Part shown: positions 61,567 through 64,000 of the stretch, piece after piece
How positions within the stretch are numbered: position 1 is the stretch's first letter
Layout of the letters: each line of letters starts with the position of its first letter
From: Macrostomum lignano
Taxonomy: Eukaryota
DNA: 64,000 bases
Assembly (NCBI GenBank): GCA_002269645.1
Contig: NIVC01000696.1
Span: forward strand, 372,001 to 436,000
Direction of reading: 5' to 3'
The notes under the pieces: model-generated
The model's database searches: none
What the model saw: only the letters and a program-made list of their open reading frames with translations
What the model was told of the DNA's origin: nothing
Translations under genes and position numbers: made by a program

Positions 61567-62344
61567 TAGGTTTTTTCGCTTTTTGATTTCATAAAATTGT
61601 CATTTGATTTTGTCCATACCTGTAGAAGTTGGCAGCGCGGAAATAGAGTCTATGGCAATAAAGTGCGCTGTTTTCCGATTGAATTCATAACTTTGCCACT
61701 TCATTTCGACTTGGCGCGCGGAGTGGCTTAACACTGCCAGAGGGGGCTGGGATATCAGTGGGTGAATATCTATGGCCAAACCTCTCATAGAAATGAAAAG
61801 CCTATATGAATGTGTCCTCTTCTTGGGCAACAGTCACCTTCCTTGTGTGCCTAAAAATGGCTGCATACGCGTCCATTGGAAACGACAGAAGGCATCTTGT
61901 CATTGAATTAGCAATGAACAGGGGTGAGAAAGTGACGGACATAGCGCGATGGCTCAACATCAACAAACAGACAGTGTACTCCATAGTGAAGGTGTACGAA
62001 GAGACTGAGCGCATCGACAAGCTGCCGAAAGGAGGAAACAATCCTAAGAAGCTGGCCGATCCAATCGTACAAGAACTCGTTTCTGGCATAGAAGACAATC
62101 CAATGTTGACATTAAAGGAGATGAAGGCGAAACTGCACACGACTTTCTGTTTTTAACAGATTCTTTCTGTACTGGACAAACGCATCGACTTTTCTGTTGC
62201 CTTTCTTATGTCGAAATGAAGTGGCAAAGTTATGAATTCAATTGGAAAACAGCGCACTTTATTGCCATAGACTCTATGGCCGCGCTGCCAACTTCTATGG
62301 ACGAAATCAAATGACAATTTTATGAAATCAAACGAAAAATCTTA
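61567..62344 (+). mobile_element. Internally deleted Tc1/mariner (IS630-like) element retaining only the N-terminal paired-like DNA-binding domain
   Basis: ~140-bp inverted repeats (61570-61710 vs 62211-62344). The internal ORF MAAYASIG...IARWLNINKQTVYSIVK...KGGNNPKKL...NPMLTLKEM stops at 62156 with no DDE domain. Confidence 0.8.
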
Positions 62345-64000
62345 TATTATCGTTATGTATAAGATATTCGGCTCGAGGGATTTAAGTGAAATACCGAACC
62401 CAAACCCATAGAATATCTATCTTATTTAAACTACTTTAATTTTGTGGGATGTATTCAGATAAATCCCGGAGCCATACTTGTATGTCTATGGTTGGAGTTC
62501 GGGATGGGGTGTGGGGGCGAAGCCCTTGCTGGGGGTGTGGGGGCGAAGCACATGCGATGAATTTTGTCGGCCTAATTTAGCTAATAAAAATAAAAGCTGC
62601 AACTTATGTTTTATCAAAATTTATTTATATTTATTTATTTATTATTATTATTTATTATTTATTTTATTTATATATTTATACATTTATAGACACAATTCTT
62701 CGCGTCGTATAGCTTTTTCTTTTTATTTTTTAGTGGTGAAATTATATCGAAATTTATTGCAGAGTTTTGAAAAATACTTAGTCAAGTTACGTGGTAATTA
62801 CATGCTTGCTTGTCGTTTGTCTTGTCGTTACCTTTTTTACACCGTTAAAATTAAATTCACAACATTTTCAAATAAATCATTTATTGAAAAAAAATTATGT
62901 TACGCCTCAAGCAAGCTCAGGGCCTTGAAGTTTGTTCAAGCAGGCTAGTTAGTTCGCACGCTCTGCTTGCATTCACAAATACTTCAAGAGCAGCCTAAAT
63001 ATAAACAAGCTGTTTTGCTTGTGCCAACTCCTACTTACTAATGCTATCTGATAAACGCACGAGCTCATGACCATGATTTTTAGAGAAATATATTTGCCCT
63101 AATTTTGTTTCATTTCAGTTTTTAGAACTGTTTATTGTATAGTGCAGTGCAGTCTGTTGTTTGACATAGTCGCTACACTAGGCCTATACTTATACAATAC
63201 TAGTATGAGCGTATGAGGTTGGGCCATAGGCCTTTAGAAGTCATAGGAAGGTGGTGCAGTGTGGGCGTAGCATGTGTGCTTCAACATTTGTCTAGGCCTA
63301 TCTGAATCTGCCTAGCTGGCTTACTAGCTAGCTATGAAAAAAATAAAATCTATAAAATCAAGATCGTTTTTTGTTTGTATGGCTACTTGTTATTTATAAC
63401 TATATGCATTTATAAATTTTAGATGGATATATTTTTATATAGGCATATATGCCATGGCCAATGGATTACATTCATTTATAGAATAGGGGCCTATTTGCTA
63501 AGGACTAAAGTGTAGGCCTATTAATAGAGATGAGAAATATACTCTAGTCTTTTGTGATTGGTTTTTTATTAATAGAATTTTTAGAGTCTTGAAAATATAA
63601 TTAATAATTTGTTAATTTTTTCAAAAATTTATTTTTTAGTAGGCCTATATATTAGGGGCCTAAATCAATAGTGGATTTAGAGGAGAAGTGCACAAGGTAG
63701 GCCCTTTAGTTCTATAGTCCCAAAGATGTTCCATGCATGCCACGAAACTTGTTGACTACATGCTATACACTGAGATTATTCAGAAATCTCATACACATTT
63801 TACACCTAAGGGCCTCATGACCTCATCTGCATTGTGCCACATGCAAGGCATTGACTAGAGGGAGGGGTTGAAAGCAATAATGAACTCAAATTTTTAAGAG
63901 CACTCTGTTTTTTTGCTTATATAGGGCCTAAACATAGCAAAGCTTGTTTAAACAAATTAAATTCATTTCCACTAATTAGATCACTTTTTTGTCTTTTATT

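Overview
This is a 64-kb window of animal genomic DNA, rich in introns and repeats. The gene and repeat style suggests a lophotrochozoan, possibly a flatworm such as Macrostomum (inference only). Host genes: an odd-skipped-family zinc-finger gene (+), an intronless DEG/ENaC channel (-), a 7-repeat protocadherin (-), a tandem cNMP-binding-domain gene (-), an atypical Rab-like GTPase (+) and an ABCG2-like half transporter (-). The main feature is a 10.7-kb, very young Ty3/Gypsy LTR element (13296-23995, minus strand). Its two 1076-bp LTRs are near-identical, it has a 4-bp target duplication, and it splits the DEG/ENaC coding sequence. Its layout is unusual. One 1195-aa ORF fuses Gag (CCHC knuckle) through an acidic linker and internal signal anchor to a herpesvirus-gB-like class III fusion glycoprotein, giving the order gag-env-pol. 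Pol starts at an overlapping TAATG stop-start. A small ORF before the 3' LTR encodes a predicted N-myristoylated RING-finger protein. The rest of the window holds several minisatellites, non-autonomous DNA transposons with TSDs, a CORE-like SINE, decayed LINE fragments, an internally deleted Tc1/mariner and a decayed USP-like ORF. All calls are by eye from the sequence and ORF track; no database searches were run.
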